Made by a program: the position numbers and the translations under genes
Assembly (NCBI GenBank): GCA_050298595.1
Contig: JBNKUM010000101.1
Span: 112,131 to 176,130, forward strand
Reading direction: 5' to 3'
DNA length: 64,000 nucleotides
Source of the DNA: Gammaproteobacteria bacterium
GTDB taxonomy: Bacteria > Pseudomonadota > Gammaproteobacteria > GCA-001735895
Notes under the pieces: generated by a model
Database searches by the model: none
What the model saw: the letters and a program-made list of their open reading frames with translations, nothing else
What the model was told of the DNA's origin: nothing
In this document: piece after piece, positions 37,859-49,042 of the stretch
Numbering within the stretch: position 1 is the first letter of the stretch
How the letters are laid out: every line of letters starts with the position of its first letter

Positions 37859-40800
37859 ATGGACTGGAAAGGCATAGCTGTCACCGACGGAAGCGAGCAG
37901 CAGGATCGACAGTCAGCTGCGTTGCAGCCAGATTATTTTAATGTCGATGAACTTTCATTTGAAGCATTGCTGGCAATGGGGTCAGAGTTTGCTTCAGTTA
38001 TAGATTTCCCTACACTTAAAAACGAAATCGACGGCAACTGGGGAGAATTGTTCAGGGCTGATGAAGCAGTAATCATGGCATTAATCCTGAGTATCGATTT
38101 AAAAAAATTAGAAGCTGATTTCCTGAGGATTTCTACTTCAGATACCGTTAAACTCCACGGCTTTTTGCTTGATCTCGCACAGCAGATTGATCTCTGGTTT
38201 AGCCAGCTTAGTAGCTGCCAGCAGCAATCAGCGCAGTTGCTTGCGCACAGGATCGCAGGCCAGATCGATGAGCGACTGGCTGCAGAACTGCAACAGCTAT
38301 ACCGTATTTTCGGAGCGAGAGAAACCAGCCCACTCGCTATCAATGCTGAGGAATTCGCCAGTGTGTGGCGTTTGAGCGAATTCACCAAAGCTGACCCGGT
38401 TGAACAGTCAACAGACTCTGATGCAATCTTCGGCAAAGAAACCATACAGCAGTTGAAAACTTCCTTTTCTGTTTTCTCCAACTCTATTTCCTATCTTAAA
38501 CAATCAACGGCAATATTGCTGCAGCAAAGCCTGAATAGCGGAATGCATGACCCCGCCATCGGTCTGTTTATTGTTTTCATTCGCCTGTACCAGAAAGCGC
38601 AAAAAAAATTAAATACATTCACCTCGCGCCATCTAGACCTGTATTACCAGCAGATCCTTAGATGCAAAAAACGCAAGCCCGTAGCGAAGAGTTATTACCT
38701 GCTGTTAGAGCCACAGCCACGCAGTGAAAGGATATGGGTCGAACCGGGTACTAAATTCAGTGCGGGTAAGGATTCCGAACTGAATGAAATAATTTATCGT
38801 AACGATGAAGGGCTGCTGCTGAGCGATGCGAGAGTTGCCTCCCTTGCCACACTGTATCTGCAGCACGACAGTCTGATCTCTCCAGAATCTGGGCTTGGCT
38901 ATGTCACGCGGATGAAATCTGCGACACCAGCTCTGGCCTCTGCTGAAGAGTCGCAACAACCCCTGTGGTCCCTGTTTGGCGCAGAGCATGCCGGCATGAA
39001 AGAAGTGACGGATAGTGATGCCAGTATCGGGTTTTCCATCGCCTCATCTTTGTTATTGCTGGAGCAGGGCCAGCGCAATATCGATATGGCCATTGAAATT
39101 GAGCCAGAGCAAAACGGCGATCTGGATATGCAGCTTGAGAACCTGCTGCAGAGTGATTCTATCAACAATTTTAAACATCAGTTCAGTGCGCTATTCGCTC
39201 GATACCTGCTGACTTTTAAGGGCGGTTTAACATCACAGCAAAAAGCACAGATTTTTGACAAGGCAGAATCTCTGTTACCCGAACGACAACTGCAGGAATT
39301 CACCTCCCTGCTGTATCAGGACTGGCAGGGGCTTTTCTACAGGTTATTGAGCGAGGCTTTTAGCATTAGTCTGACATCTGAAGAAGGCTGGCTGGATGTG
39401 CTGGACTATAAGTTGTTGCCGTACTCGGAAACAACATCAGTGAAAAAGACTGGGCTAAGGATTCAGATTAGTCTGGGGCAGGAATTGCCATCTGTTACCA
39501 ACTACTGTGAAGCGGTACATGGTTTAGGTCTGCACAGCGAATTACCGGTGATGCGATGTGTTATCAATCCGCTAAGTCATTTTTATCCCTATTCAGTTTT
39601 TCAGGGCCTGACTATTGCAGCCCTTCAGCTTAGTGTTGACGTAAGCGGCATTAACAAGCTGCTGGCATACAATCAACATGGGCAGCTTGATCCTTCGAAA
39701 CCCTTCCAGCCTTTTGGGCCCTTGCCGGGCGATAGCTCTTACTTCGTATTTGGCAATTATGAGGTTGCTAGCAAGCCATTAAATGAGCTGACCTTAAATC
39801 TTGACTGGGCCGAACTGCCGCGTGACAGTGAAGGCTTTGAAGGATACTACCGAGGCTATCAGACTCAATTTACAAACAATGCATTTAAAGCGGCATTTAG
39901 TGTGCTGGCTGATAGTCACTGGCAGCCTGGTGATCCAGCCGACAGGGATTGTTTTGAGCTATTTCAAAGCGTATCAGGTACGAATAGCCTGCTCACTACC
40001 AGTGTCTTACGAATAATCCAGCTTGAAGCAAGCAAGCCGATAGATAGTCGTATATCCGAAGCGAGTTATGAGTTTGGCCTGGGGGCACGTAATGGTTTTT
40101 TCCAGCTATCACTGAGCGATCCCGCGCAGGCCTTTGGTCATGCCGAATATCCTGCGCTATTAACCCAGATATTGACGGTCAATGCCAGAATCAAAAAACC
40201 AAAGGCGTTGCCCAACCCCCCGTATACACCCACTCTCAACGGCTTGTCATTGGGTTATAAGGCGAGCAGAACGATTAAACCGATGCAACAGCTGGATGAA
40301 ATTACAGGGCACAACGACCAGATCTTTCAAATGCATCCCTTTGGTAGCGAGGCTATCTACCCGGCAGTAGCTGATAAGCCTTGCTATCTTATGCCGCAGT
40401 ACGAGCATCAGGGTAATCTTTTTATCGGACTGTCGGCTAAAAATCTCAGTGGACCGCTTAGCCTGTTATTTCGCCTGTCAGAACAAATGCTTCAACAAAC
40501 TATATCAACTACTAACGGTTTTGACTGGTACTACCTGAGCCAGGATTGCTGGAAGCAGTTACCACCAAACCGGGTGCTTTCCGATACCACCTATGGTTTT
40601 ATTGCTTCGGGCAGGGTCAGTCTGGATCTTCCCAGTGATATCAGGATTGGCAATAGTGTAATGCCAGGGGAATACTTCTGGTTGAGAGTTTCCACCAGAG
40701 ATGGCGCAGGCTTGTTCGCGGGTTGTTATACCATCCACTGCAATGCACTAAAGGTAACCCACGAGATCAATCCCGAGATAGATGCAGAGGAAAGTCCAGC

Positions 40801-41671
40801 GTCACCGATCAAATGGACAGCGGAACGCAAGCTGCCTGGCGAAGGCTCAATCAAACAGGGCGGTGCTGGATTCGGTGGTCGCAGCAGGGAAAGTGATCGT
40901 CAGTACAACACTCGCATCGCTGAGCGCTTACGTCATAAAAATCGAGCACTATTACCCTGGGATTATGAGCAGTTGATCCTCGAACGTTTCCCTGAGGTGT
41001 TCTTGGTTAAATGTTTCAACAGTATGTCAGCTAAGGATAACGCGATACGCCCTGGCCAGGTATTGATCGTAGTAGTACCTGAGCGTTCTACACAAGCGGA
41101 AGAGGGATGTACTGGGGGGATGTTCAACCTGCAGAAACTACAGCAGATAAATAGTTACGTAAGTAATCTCAGCTCACCATTTGCCAGCATAGAAGTCTGT
41201 AATCCACACTACGAAAAGATACAGCTGCGTTGTAGCGTACGCTTCAACGATAGTATGAGCGAAGGGGTTAATATCAATCGCTTAAACCAGCAGGTCTCGG
41301 ATTATATCTGTCCGTGGAATAAGACCGGTTATCAGGCAAGGTTTGGCTGGAGTATCCGGCAGCAGGATATCGAGTCCTACATCCGCAGTTTGAGTTATGT
41401 TGACTTTGTCACCAATTTTTCGTTGCTGCATATTACCGTAGATCGACATGGTAACTACAGCCTGTTCGATAGCGTAAAGGATGTATCTAAGAAGCTGGCT
41501 GTGATTCGGCCACATTACCCATGGAGCCTGGCGTTGCCTGCTGAACAACATTTTATCGAAACCCTGTCGCGGGCAAGATCGATCCCTGCAGAAATTACCG
41601 GGGTAGACGAACTTGCGGTCGGAAGCACCTTTATTATAAGTGGAAGCATTGGTCATGGCGAAAAAGAATAG
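37859..41671 (+). CDS. Baseplate J-like protein (Afp11)
   Basis: DPAIGLF, RHLDLYYQQIL, FQPFGP, RIAERLRHKNRA, DYEQLILERFP. Confidence 0.9.
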   Translation: MDWKGIAVTDGSEQQDRQSAALQPDYFNVDELSFEALLAMGSEFASVIDFPTLKNEIDGNWGELFRADEAVIMALILSIDLKKLEADFLRISTSDTVKLHGFLLDLAQQIDLWFSQLSSCQQQSAQLLAHRIAGQIDERLAAELQQLYRIFGARETSPLAINAEEFASVWRLSEFTKADPVEQSTDSDAIFGKETIQQLKTSFSVFSNSISYLKQSTAILLQQSLNSGMHDPAIGLFIVFIRLYQKAQKKLNTFTSRHLDLYYQQILRCKKRKPVAKSYYLLLEPQPRSERIWVEPGTKFSAGKDSELNEIIYRNDEGLLLSDARVASLATLYLQHDSLISPESGLGYVTRMKSATPALASAEESQQPLWSLFGAEHAGMKEVTDSDASIGFSIASSLLLLEQGQRNIDMAIEIEPEQNGDLDMQLENLLQSDSINNFKHQFSALFARYLLTFKGGLTSQQKAQIFDKAESLLPERQLQEFTSLLYQDWQGLFYRLLSEAFSISLTSEEGWLDVLDYKLLPYSETTSVKKTGLRIQISLGQELPSVTNYCEAVHGLGLHSELPVMRCVINPLSHFYPYSVFQGLTIAALQLSVDVSGINKLLAYNQHGQLDPSKPFQPFGPLPGDSSYFVFGNYEVASKPLNELTLNLDWAELPRDSEGFEGYYRGYQTQFTNNAFKAAFSVLADSHWQPGDPADRDCFELFQSVSGTNSLLTTSVLRIIQLEASKPIDSRISEASYEFGLGARNGFFQLSLSDPAQAFGHAEYPALLTQILTVNARIKKPKALPNPPYTPTLNGLSLGYKASRTIKPMQQLDEITGHNDQIFQMHPFGSEAIYPAVADKPCYLMPQYEHQGNLFIGLSAKNLSGPLSLLFRLSEQMLQQTISTTNGFDWYYLSQDCWKQLPPNRVLSDTTYGFIASGRVSLDLPSDIRIGNSVMPGEYFWLRVSTRDGAGLFAGCYTIHCNALKVTHEINPEIDAEESPASPIKWTAERKLPGEGSIKQGGAGFGGRSRESDRQYNTRIAERLRHKNRALLPWDYEQLILERFPEVFLVKCFNSMSAKDNAIRPGQVLIVVVPERSTQAEEGCTGGMFNLQKLQQINSYVSNLSSPFASIEVCNPHYEKIQLRCSVRFNDSMSEGVNINRLNQQVSDYICPWNKTGYQARFGWSIRQQDIESYIRSLSYVDFVTNFSLLHITVDRHGNYSLFDSVKDVSKKLAVIRPHYPWSLALPAEQHFIETLSRARSIPAEITGVDELAVGSTFIISGSIGHGEKE

Positions 41672-42443
41672 GAGCACATTAAAGCGTTACTTTAGAAAAG
41701 GTGCACTGCCATCGGAGGACCAGTTTGGCGATTTGATCGACTCTACGTTGAATCCCATTGATGAGGGCTTTGATAAAACACCTGAAGAAGGATTCAAGAT
41801 TTCATTAGTGGGCGATCATAAACGTCTAATCAGTTTTTTTAAATCAGAAGCGGCCAGGGATGTCGTGTGGAGCATTGACTATGATCGTGACACTGATCAT
41901 TTACTGATTAAAAATCCACGTGCCGATAGTAGTGCTACACCAGCCATGAGCTTTGATGAGAAAGGGCGTGTTGGGATTAATAAGCCTGACCCAGCCTATG
42001 AGCTGGATGTTGCAGGCGTCATCGCTGCACAGGGGCGTATCGGCGCTAATCCTGACGATCAGAAAACTGTTGCCGCTGATGGACATTGGCATAGCATCAC
42101 GGGCGCATTAAGCGGTTGTCATGCCTATGAAGTGATGGCCGGAGTGGGTAACAAGGGTACTGGCAAATACGCGTTGATGAATGCATTGGCAATGAATACC
42201 TTCAATCCAACGGGGTGGTTATTTAACTTTCTCAATCGTAAAAACAGGATACGCTACCAGCAGGCTTATTACCTGAGTCGTGGCAATCGCATGCAGCTGC
42301 GCTGGTTAGGGGAGGGTGATCATTATTATCTGCAGATACGCACTGTATGTAGTTATGGTGCCGAAGTAAAAATCAGATACTACCTTACTCAACTGTGGTT
42401 CGATGAAAACATGAGCGAATCATGGGCAGGGCATTCATCATGA
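41655..42443 (+). CDS. Short tail fibre/adhesin-like protein (Afp13-like)
   Basis: N-terminal RSTLKRYFRKGALPSEDQFGDLIDS fibre-attachment-like motif; GRVGINKPDP..LDV repeat. Confidence 0.7.
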   Translation: MAKKNRSTLKRYFRKGALPSEDQFGDLIDSTLNPIDEGFDKTPEEGFKISLVGDHKRLISFFKSEAARDVVWSIDYDRDTDHLLIKNPRADSSATPAMSFDEKGRVGINKPDPAYELDVAGVIAAQGRIGANPDDQKTVAADGHWHSITGALSGCHAYEVMAGVGNKGTGKYALMNALAMNTFNPTGWLFNFLNRKNRIRYQQAYYLSRGNRMQLRWLGEGDHYYLQIRTVCSYGAEVKIRYYLTQLWFDENMSESWAGHSS

Positions 42444-42473
42444 GAATGAGTAATGCAAAGCTGGAGCCTAATA

Positions 42474-44969
42474 ATGGCTGAAGCGATATCGATAAAAAGG
42501 CAGAAAAGCAGCGTAAGTGATAGCAGCTTTGATAGCCTGAGGCGTGAGGCTATTCAATTGATTGAACAGGTTTCTGGCCTACGCTGGACTGATTACAATC
42601 TGCATGACCCAGGTATTACTATTCTTGAGCAATTTATTTTTGCAATCACCGATTTAATCTATCGTACAGAATTTGCAGTTGAAGATTACCTGACAAGCGC
42701 AGACGGTAGCATCGATTTTAAAGCTCTGGCGCTGCATCCACCCGAGCAGGTATTCAGCTGCCGCCCATGCACTGAACTGGACTATCGCAAGTTGTTGCTG
42801 GACGCTGTTCCTGTGATTGATAACGTCTGGCTTAAAGCAATTTTCCCTGAATCGCAACAGCGTGGTTTGCAGGGGCTTTACCGCTTATTGGTAAAACTAC
42901 CGCAGGGACTGGATCAGCAGCAGAGTGACCACGCCACCGAACAATTGCGTAGGGCATATCATCGTAATAGAAACCTGTGTGAGGATATTGAAGATATTTC
43001 AATTGTTGAAAATCTGGCGTATGAACTATGTGCCAATATTGAAGTGAGCAGTGCGAGACAGCCTGCCGATATCCTCGCGCAAATTTACTTTGAGTGCACG
43101 CAGCAACTGGCCAGTAGTGTCACAGTTACGCGCTTCGACGAATTGTCTGAACGCGATCTGCCTTTCGATGAGCTTTTCGACGGACCCTTCACTGAGCATG
43201 GTATATTCCTCGATGAAAATCTGCCCGAGCTGCAGAGTGAGTTCATGGTTTCCAGTTTATTTGCCAGCATCAATGCGATTGATGGCGTGGATCATGTTCA
43301 GCAACTCTATCTGAAAAAAGATCAGCAGGATTTTTATGACCTGATCGAGTCTGGTGACACGAACAGCGCCTTTAGCCTGCAGTTGCCACAAAGTCAGGAT
43401 GAAATCCGGGTTGTACTTACTACTAATGGACGGGTATTAGATGTCGAACTGCATGATTTTTTTGCGCGTTTTGACGAGGTCAATATCAATTACCATAAGT
43501 CACGTTCAAGCGTACAGCAACTGTCATTACTGTATTCACCAGTCGAGGCGGTGAAGCGGCCATTAAACCGATATTACAGTATTCAAAACCAGTTCCCAGC
43601 CAATTATGCTATCAATGCTCTGGGTGTTGCCCAATCAGCCTCTACCGCAGTCAAGGCCAAAGCCCGCCAATTGAAATCCTACCTGCTAATTTTTGAGCAG
43701 TTATTGAGTAATTTCCTGGCAAATCTGGATTCGATATCATCCTTGTTCTCGACACAGAGCGAAGTTCGCGAGACTTACTCATTTCAGCCATTGACTGAGC
43801 AACAGATAAATGATCTGCAAACGCTTTATCCACACAATCCTTTCGAGGTTTTCCCCGGGATCATTGCTCGTTACGATAATAACAATAATCGAAAAAGTCG
43901 CTTGCTCGATTATCTGCTGGCTTTATACGGAGAAAGTTTTACCCAGAACTCGCTCAGGCACTTTAAAAATATTTATGCAAAAAATGATATTGATGAAGTT
44001 ATCGTCAACAATAAGATTCGCTGGCTTAGATTGGTGGTTGAACTGGGCCGTGATCGTGCGGCAGCAGACGATTATACAGCGCCACTACAGGGCAGGCATG
44101 CAAGCAGCGGCCTGCTGACACGGGTTGCTCTGTTGTTGGGTTTTGAGCCACGCAGCGAGCGTTCTTTTACCATGGCGATACTCAGTCAGGGGAAAACGCT
44201 TTGCCATCATCACGACTACCAGAGACTGAAGGCGGACAGCCAGGAGCTCAAGCTTATCAATCCAGATCAGCTGGATGCATCCAGTCGTAACAGCTTCCAG
44301 CCGGTATTTTTGCAGGCGTTGGAAAAAGATTTTTCAACGGCTGAATTACGCAAGTCATTATCCGATATCTTTCCACTGAAAAAAGGCCTGTTAAGCGATG
44401 TATTGTTCACCAGAGGTATCAATATCGATAGCTACCGGGTTGGCCGTCTCTCATCAAATGAAGAGTATATACTCACTTTGTTGATTGACGAGGACCAGTA
44501 CTGGTACCTGGCAAGCTTTGACGACCGTACCAGCGCTGCCAGCGCTGCCAATAGACTAAGGCAGTATTTATTGCGACTCAATCAGAAGAGTGAAGGGTTG
44601 CACATCATTGAGCATATCCTGCTGCGGCCATCAGCAACGCACACCCATGCGACAATCGGTTTTTCAGAACAAGATGATTTTTTCTCCTTGCAATTGAGTG
44701 CAATATTTCCTGGATGGTCAGTGCGTTGTGCCGATGAACAATTCCGTATGCTGGCCGAGGAGACCCTGCGAATTAACCTGCCTGCGCATATTTACCCGCA
44801 TATCTACTGGCTCGATTTTGCTGCCATGTATGAGTTCGAAACGCTGTATCAACGCTGGCTCGAGCTGAAGCGTGAACCAGATTCCAAGCCTGGAGAACTT
44901 GATTCCAGCGCTCAGTCGTTAATAGAGTTTCTGCTAGCGCAGAGACAGCAGTCGAAAAGTGGAGGATGA
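42474..44969 (+). CDS. Baseplate protein (Afp12-like)
   Basis: WTDYNLHDPGITILE, DYRKLLLD, RNLCED, QLKSYLLIFEQ, EGLHIIEHILLRP, PAHI. Confidence 0.88.
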   Translation: MAEAISIKRQKSSVSDSSFDSLRREAIQLIEQVSGLRWTDYNLHDPGITILEQFIFAITDLIYRTEFAVEDYLTSADGSIDFKALALHPPEQVFSCRPCTELDYRKLLLDAVPVIDNVWLKAIFPESQQRGLQGLYRLLVKLPQGLDQQQSDHATEQLRRAYHRNRNLCEDIEDISIVENLAYELCANIEVSSARQPADILAQIYFECTQQLASSVTVTRFDELSERDLPFDELFDGPFTEHGIFLDENLPELQSEFMVSSLFASINAIDGVDHVQQLYLKKDQQDFYDLIESGDTNSAFSLQLPQSQDEIRVVLTTNGRVLDVELHDFFARFDEVNINYHKSRSSVQQLSLLYSPVEAVKRPLNRYYSIQNQFPANYAINALGVAQSASTAVKAKARQLKSYLLIFEQLLSNFLANLDSISSLFSTQSEVRETYSFQPLTEQQINDLQTLYPHNPFEVFPGIIARYDNNNNRKSRLLDYLLALYGESFTQNSLRHFKNIYAKNDIDEVIVNNKIRWLRLVVELGRDRAAADDYTAPLQGRHASSGLLTRVALLLGFEPRSERSFTMAILSQGKTLCHHHDYQRLKADSQELKLINPDQLDASSRNSFQPVFLQALEKDFSTAELRKSLSDIFPLKKGLLSDVLFTRGINIDSYRVGRLSSNEEYILTLLIDEDQYWYLASFDDRTSAASAANRLRQYLLRLNQKSEGLHIIEHILLRPSATHTHATIGFSEQDDFFSLQLSAIFPGWSVRCADEQFRMLAEETLRINLPAHIYPHIYWLDFAAMYEFETLYQRWLELKREPDSKPGELDSSAQSLIEFLLAQRQQSKSGG

Positions 44970-47900
44970 GGTTTTACAGATGAATCATCAACACCTGATC
45001 GATAGTGCCATTTTTGATATAGCTTACAGCGATGCAGCCATTGCTGCTGAACTGCAGGTGCCTGTTGATAGTTTTGTTAAAACCGATCTATTGCAGCTGA
45101 TCGATCAATTATTTGATGAAACAGCTGACCGGCAAAATGTGTACCGTATTGATCGTCTAGAGCTAGATCTGGGTGACATTCCGAGTAAAGATTATAAACA
45201 TGTCATGCGCCAGAGGCTGCGTCAGAAATTGACCCTATGGCTGTCTGATCTACGCGATTCACAGAAATACCAACAGCTCGATAATAAACATTTTATCGAT
45301 CATAAACATGCCCAGCAGGAAGCCCTGTTTTATTTTCTGCAACACGGCTATTTGCCCTGGTATGCCAAGATTGATAGTGCCAGTGTGCTGCAGGGAGTTT
45401 TCACAGATAGCCTGCAATTAAATCCAAATAGAATGATAGATTTTATTTGTAACAGTAGAGGCCATAACAGCATAACAGAAAGGTTGCTGAGTCAATTTTC
45501 CATCCAATCTATCCAGCAACTGGCCAGACTACTGTCCACATCGCCGTCTAAAGAGGCACATAACTACCTTGCAAAATTACGACAGGCAAGTCCTGAAACT
45601 AACGATGTCGGTGCTTCAATAGACATAGCAGAAGATAGAAAATATTTGCAGGCGCTGTTGGTTTCAGCATTATGCAGTGGTGATTTTTCGAAATTGGAGA
45701 GCTTCTGGCCTCAGTTGATCATTCAGGATGCAAAGTGGCTGGAGCAGACGCTTCGTTATTACGCGCAGCAGAAAAAATTACGTCATCAGATTGCTGTTGG
45801 TTTTTCTCCACAAATGTGCGAACAGTTATTTGCCCTGCTTGAGCCGATTCATTACCCCTTTATCTTGCAGCTCATCTCGCAGATGCAGGAGTTGCAATCG
45901 CTAGAACTGACTTCGCCAGTTACTGCTACGCAACAAAGACAAAATGTTGTTGAATTCACACTGACATATCTGCTGGTGGAACGTGGCAGCAATTTTAATA
46001 AAAAGTCTTACCTTGGCAGCCTGATCCGTCAAATGTCGATTTCCACTAATCAGCAGGAGTCAGCTTTACTATCGAACCTGATCCAGCAAATGGATCAGGT
46101 GCCGCGGACTTCAGCGTTAGCGTTAAAGATGTACCAGCTACTAGAGGAGCTGAACCTTGAACTCGAGGGCTGTGAAGTAAATCCCCCGCAATCCACTGTG
46201 GAGCATGAATTATATGCACAGTATGAGCTGTTAGAAAACGCACTGCTTGACGTAACTGCTATCGGACAGAATACCGAAACTCAATTGCTGGAGGCGATAC
46301 AGGCACTGAAAAAATCGGCGCCGTTGCTATTAGTACACCTTTTGCACAGACTACAAATGGCGACTTCCAGTAATCAGCAGGAGTCAGCTTTTCTATCCAG
46401 GCTGATCCTTCAAATGGGTCAGTTGCCCGGCACTTCTGCATTAGCAGATGAGCTGCAGCAGCTAATAGGCGAGCTAAACCTTGAACTAATGAGCCGTGAA
46501 ATAAATCCACCACAGACCCTTAAACAGAATGAATATTATGAGCAGTTACAAAATGTACTGCTTGACGAAACGTCTTTCGGACAGAATATCGAAACGCAAT
46601 TACTTGAAGCGATACAGGCACTGAGAAAATCTGCGCCCTGGTTATTAGTACGCCTGTTGCACAGGCTGCTGCAAATGGCGACCTCCAGTAATCAGCAGGA
46701 GCCCACTTTTCTATCCAGCATGATCCGGCAAATGAAGCAGTTGCCGGGTAGTTCTGCATTAGCCGCTGAACTGCAACGGTTACTAGGAGAGCTGACCCCG
46801 CCCCCTAAAGAGAATGAATTATTTGCACAGTATGAGCGGTTACAAAATGCACTGCTTGACGAAACGGGTTTCGCACAGAACATCGAAACACACTGGCTTG
46901 AGGCGATACAGGCACTGAAAAAATCCGCGCCCTGGCAATTAATACGCCTGTTACACCGGCTACAGATGACGACTTCCAGTAATCACCAGGTGACGGCTTT
47001 TCTATCCAGGCTAATCCAGCAAATGGATCAGTTGCCCTGGACTTCTGCATTAGCAGCTGAGCTGCAACAGCTAATTGGGGAGCTGAAGCCTGAGCAGATA
47101 AGCGGTGAAGTAAATCTCCCACAGCCCCCAGTGGCGAATGAATTATTTGCACAGTATCAGCTGTTACAAAATGCACTGCTTAACGAAATTAGTATTGCAC
47201 AGAATAACGAAACGCAATGGCTTGAGACGATACAGGCTCTAAAAAAATCCGCGCCGTGGTTATTAATACGCCTGTTGCACAGACTGAAAATGGCGACTTC
47301 CCATAATCAGCAGAGGTCAGCTTTTCTATCCAGGCTGATCCAGCAAATGGATCAGTTGCCTCGGTCTTCAGCATTCTCGGTTGAGCTGCAACAGCTAATT
47401 GGAGAGCTGAAGCTAGAACTAATAACTCGTGAAGAAAATCCTCCGCAACCACCAGTGGAGAATGAGTTATATGCCCAGTATGAGCTGTTACAAAACGCAC
47501 TGTTTGACGAAACTTTTATCGGAAAGAATAGCGAAAGGCAATTGCTTGAAGCGATACAGGCACTGAGTAAATCCGCACCCTGGTTATTAATCCGCCTGTT
47601 GCAAAGACTTCAAAGTGTCAATCCAGCCAGTTTACCAGGTTTTAAAAATATCCCCCTGGCACTGCTGCACGAGCTGACCCATACCTTACTGTCGTTAACG
47701 ACTCAGTCGAGTGACTACAGGCCATCCGATTTAATGCTTTCGCTGAAAAAGCATGCTAGCACTTCCTGTGATCAGCATGCTTTCTATCGGCGTATCCTTG
47801 GGTTTATAGCGAGGAATGAAGCTATAGATTTTGATCAGCTGGCCAAAGCACCTAAGGAGCCAATTGCAGTCAGCCCTGCGCTGGATATCCAGAAGGAGCC

Positions 47901-49041
47901 TATCCAGAACGTTCCCGACACTCAGCAGTCATTGCCTGCTGAAACCCTGTCGCGGCAACAGGCTGAGCAGATTTTAGTCGATCAGTTGTGTGATGAGTTA
48001 TGCCTGCTTCCTCGCACAGAGTCAGCTGTTATTCGGGCTATTGAAGTATTGTCTGATCAACAATCCCCACGTCTGCGCCAGATGCTGCAACAGGCTCTAC
48101 TCAATCCAGAGCTTATACAGTGGATGGCTGATAAGCTACCAGAACACATCCTGGTCAAGCTTTTATCGCTGATGGCTGTGGTTAACTCTGGCGCCTTATT
48201 GCAATGCGCCGAACTGATTAACAATGCAGCAGCCAGGCATATCCCGATGCAACAACTAACAATGATTAAATGGCGCTTTATCTATTCCTATCTGAGCGAT
48301 ACCGGCTATCGATTTAATCCAGGCTATTTTATTCGCGCTTACGTGAAAAACCTGAAAAAGGAAACATCGTCCAACGATTTTGAGTTACAGCTCACTCAGG
48401 CACTATTGCAAAACAGAATGCCTGTTACGCAACCTATGACGCGCCTGATCAATGAGTCGCTAAACATTAAAGATAATGCTCGGGTATCTGAAACCACACT
48501 CGAGATAAGTGAAAAGCAAAGCGATGAGCCTGCCATCGTCGAAGATATCTATATCACCAACGCGGGCCTGGTGCTGGTCGCACCCTATCTGCCCAGATTA
48601 TTCGAGCAACTGGGGCTGACTGAAAAATCTGCATTCACAAATCGTGACGCTGCCGAACGTGCTGTACATATGCTTCAGTTTCTGGTCAACGAGCAATCCA
48701 CCAGCCCTGAATTTGAAGTGGTACTGAATAAATTATTATGTGGGGTAAAAGCGGGAAAACCTATATGTCGAGGTATTGAATTGAGCGAGCAGGAAAAGCA
48801 GCAACTCGAAAGCCTGTTACAGGCGATTACCCAGCACTGGAAGGCGCTCTCCAATACCTCTATCAACGGCCTGCGCGAATCCTTCCTGCAACGTGGAGGA
48901 CGCCTGAAATTAAAGGATGATGCCTGGCATCTGTCGGTGGAACCTCGTACCTTCGATATGTTGCTGGATCAGGTTCCCTGGTCTTACTCAACCATTAAAT
49001 TCGCCTGGATGGAACGGGTGATCTTTGTGGAGTGGCGCTGA
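44959..49041 (+). CDS. Contractile injection system tape-measure protein (Afp14-like)
   Basis: N-terminal IDRLELDLG..FLQHGYLPW; C-terminal ITNAGLVL..PYL..LNKLLCG..W..L..SINGLRESFLQRGG..DMLLDQVPWS. Confidence 0.88.
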   Translation: MEDEVLQMNHQHLIDSAIFDIAYSDAAIAAELQVPVDSFVKTDLLQLIDQLFDETADRQNVYRIDRLELDLGDIPSKDYKHVMRQRLRQKLTLWLSDLRDSQKYQQLDNKHFIDHKHAQQEALFYFLQHGYLPWYAKIDSASVLQGVFTDSLQLNPNRMIDFICNSRGHNSITERLLSQFSIQSIQQLARLLSTSPSKEAHNYLAKLRQASPETNDVGASIDIAEDRKYLQALLVSALCSGDFSKLESFWPQLIIQDAKWLEQTLRYYAQQKKLRHQIAVGFSPQMCEQLFALLEPIHYPFILQLISQMQELQSLELTSPVTATQQRQNVVEFTLTYLLVERGSNFNKKSYLGSLIRQMSISTNQQESALLSNLIQQMDQVPRTSALALKMYQLLEELNLELEGCEVNPPQSTVEHELYAQYELLENALLDVTAIGQNTETQLLEAIQALKKSAPLLLVHLLHRLQMATSSNQQESAFLSRLILQMGQLPGTSALADELQQLIGELNLELMSREINPPQTLKQNEYYEQLQNVLLDETSFGQNIETQLLEAIQALRKSAPWLLVRLLHRLLQMATSSNQQEPTFLSSMIRQMKQLPGSSALAAELQRLLGELTPPPKENELFAQYERLQNALLDETGFAQNIETHWLEAIQALKKSAPWQLIRLLHRLQMTTSSNHQVTAFLSRLIQQMDQLPWTSALAAELQQLIGELKPEQISGEVNLPQPPVANELFAQYQLLQNALLNEISIAQNNETQWLETIQALKKSAPWLLIRLLHRLKMATSHNQQRSAFLSRLIQQMDQLPRSSAFSVELQQLIGELKLELITREENPPQPPVENELYAQYELLQNALFDETFIGKNSERQLLEAIQALSKSAPWLLIRLLQRLQSVNPASLPGFKNIPLALLHELTHTLLSLTTQSSDYRPSDLMLSLKKHASTSCDQHAFYRRILGFIARNEAIDFDQLAKAPKEPIAVSPALDIQKEPIQNVPDTQQSLPAETLSRQQAEQILVDQLCDELCLLPRTESAVIRAIEVLSDQQSPRLRQMLQQALLNPELIQWMADKLPEHILVKLLSLMAVVNSGALLQCAELINNAAARHIPMQQLTMIKWRFIYSYLSDTGYRFNPGYFIRAYVKNLKKETSSNDFELQLTQALLQNRMPVTQPMTRLINESLNIKDNARVSETTLEISEKQSDEPAIVEDIYITNAGLVLVAPYLPRLFEQLGLTEKSAFTNRDAAERAVHMLQFLVNEQSTSPEFEVVLNKLLCGVKAGKPICRGIELSEQEKQQLESLLQAITQHWKALSNTSINGLRESFLQRGGRLKLKDDAWHLSVEPRTFDMLLDQVPWSYSTIKFAWMERVIFVEWR
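46033..47613 (+). repeat. Five tandem in-frame repeats (324, 318, 291, 324, 324 bp) inside the tape-measure gene
   Basis: Units start at 46033, 46357, 46675, 46966 and 47290 (M.TSSNQQ.SAFLS...LEAIQALKKSAPWLL.RLLHRLQ). Confidence 0.95.
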
Positions 49042-49042
49042 T

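Noticed and set aside
46046-47500. Series of mutually similar minus-strand ORFs
   Set aside because: Antisense shadows of the tape-measure repeats
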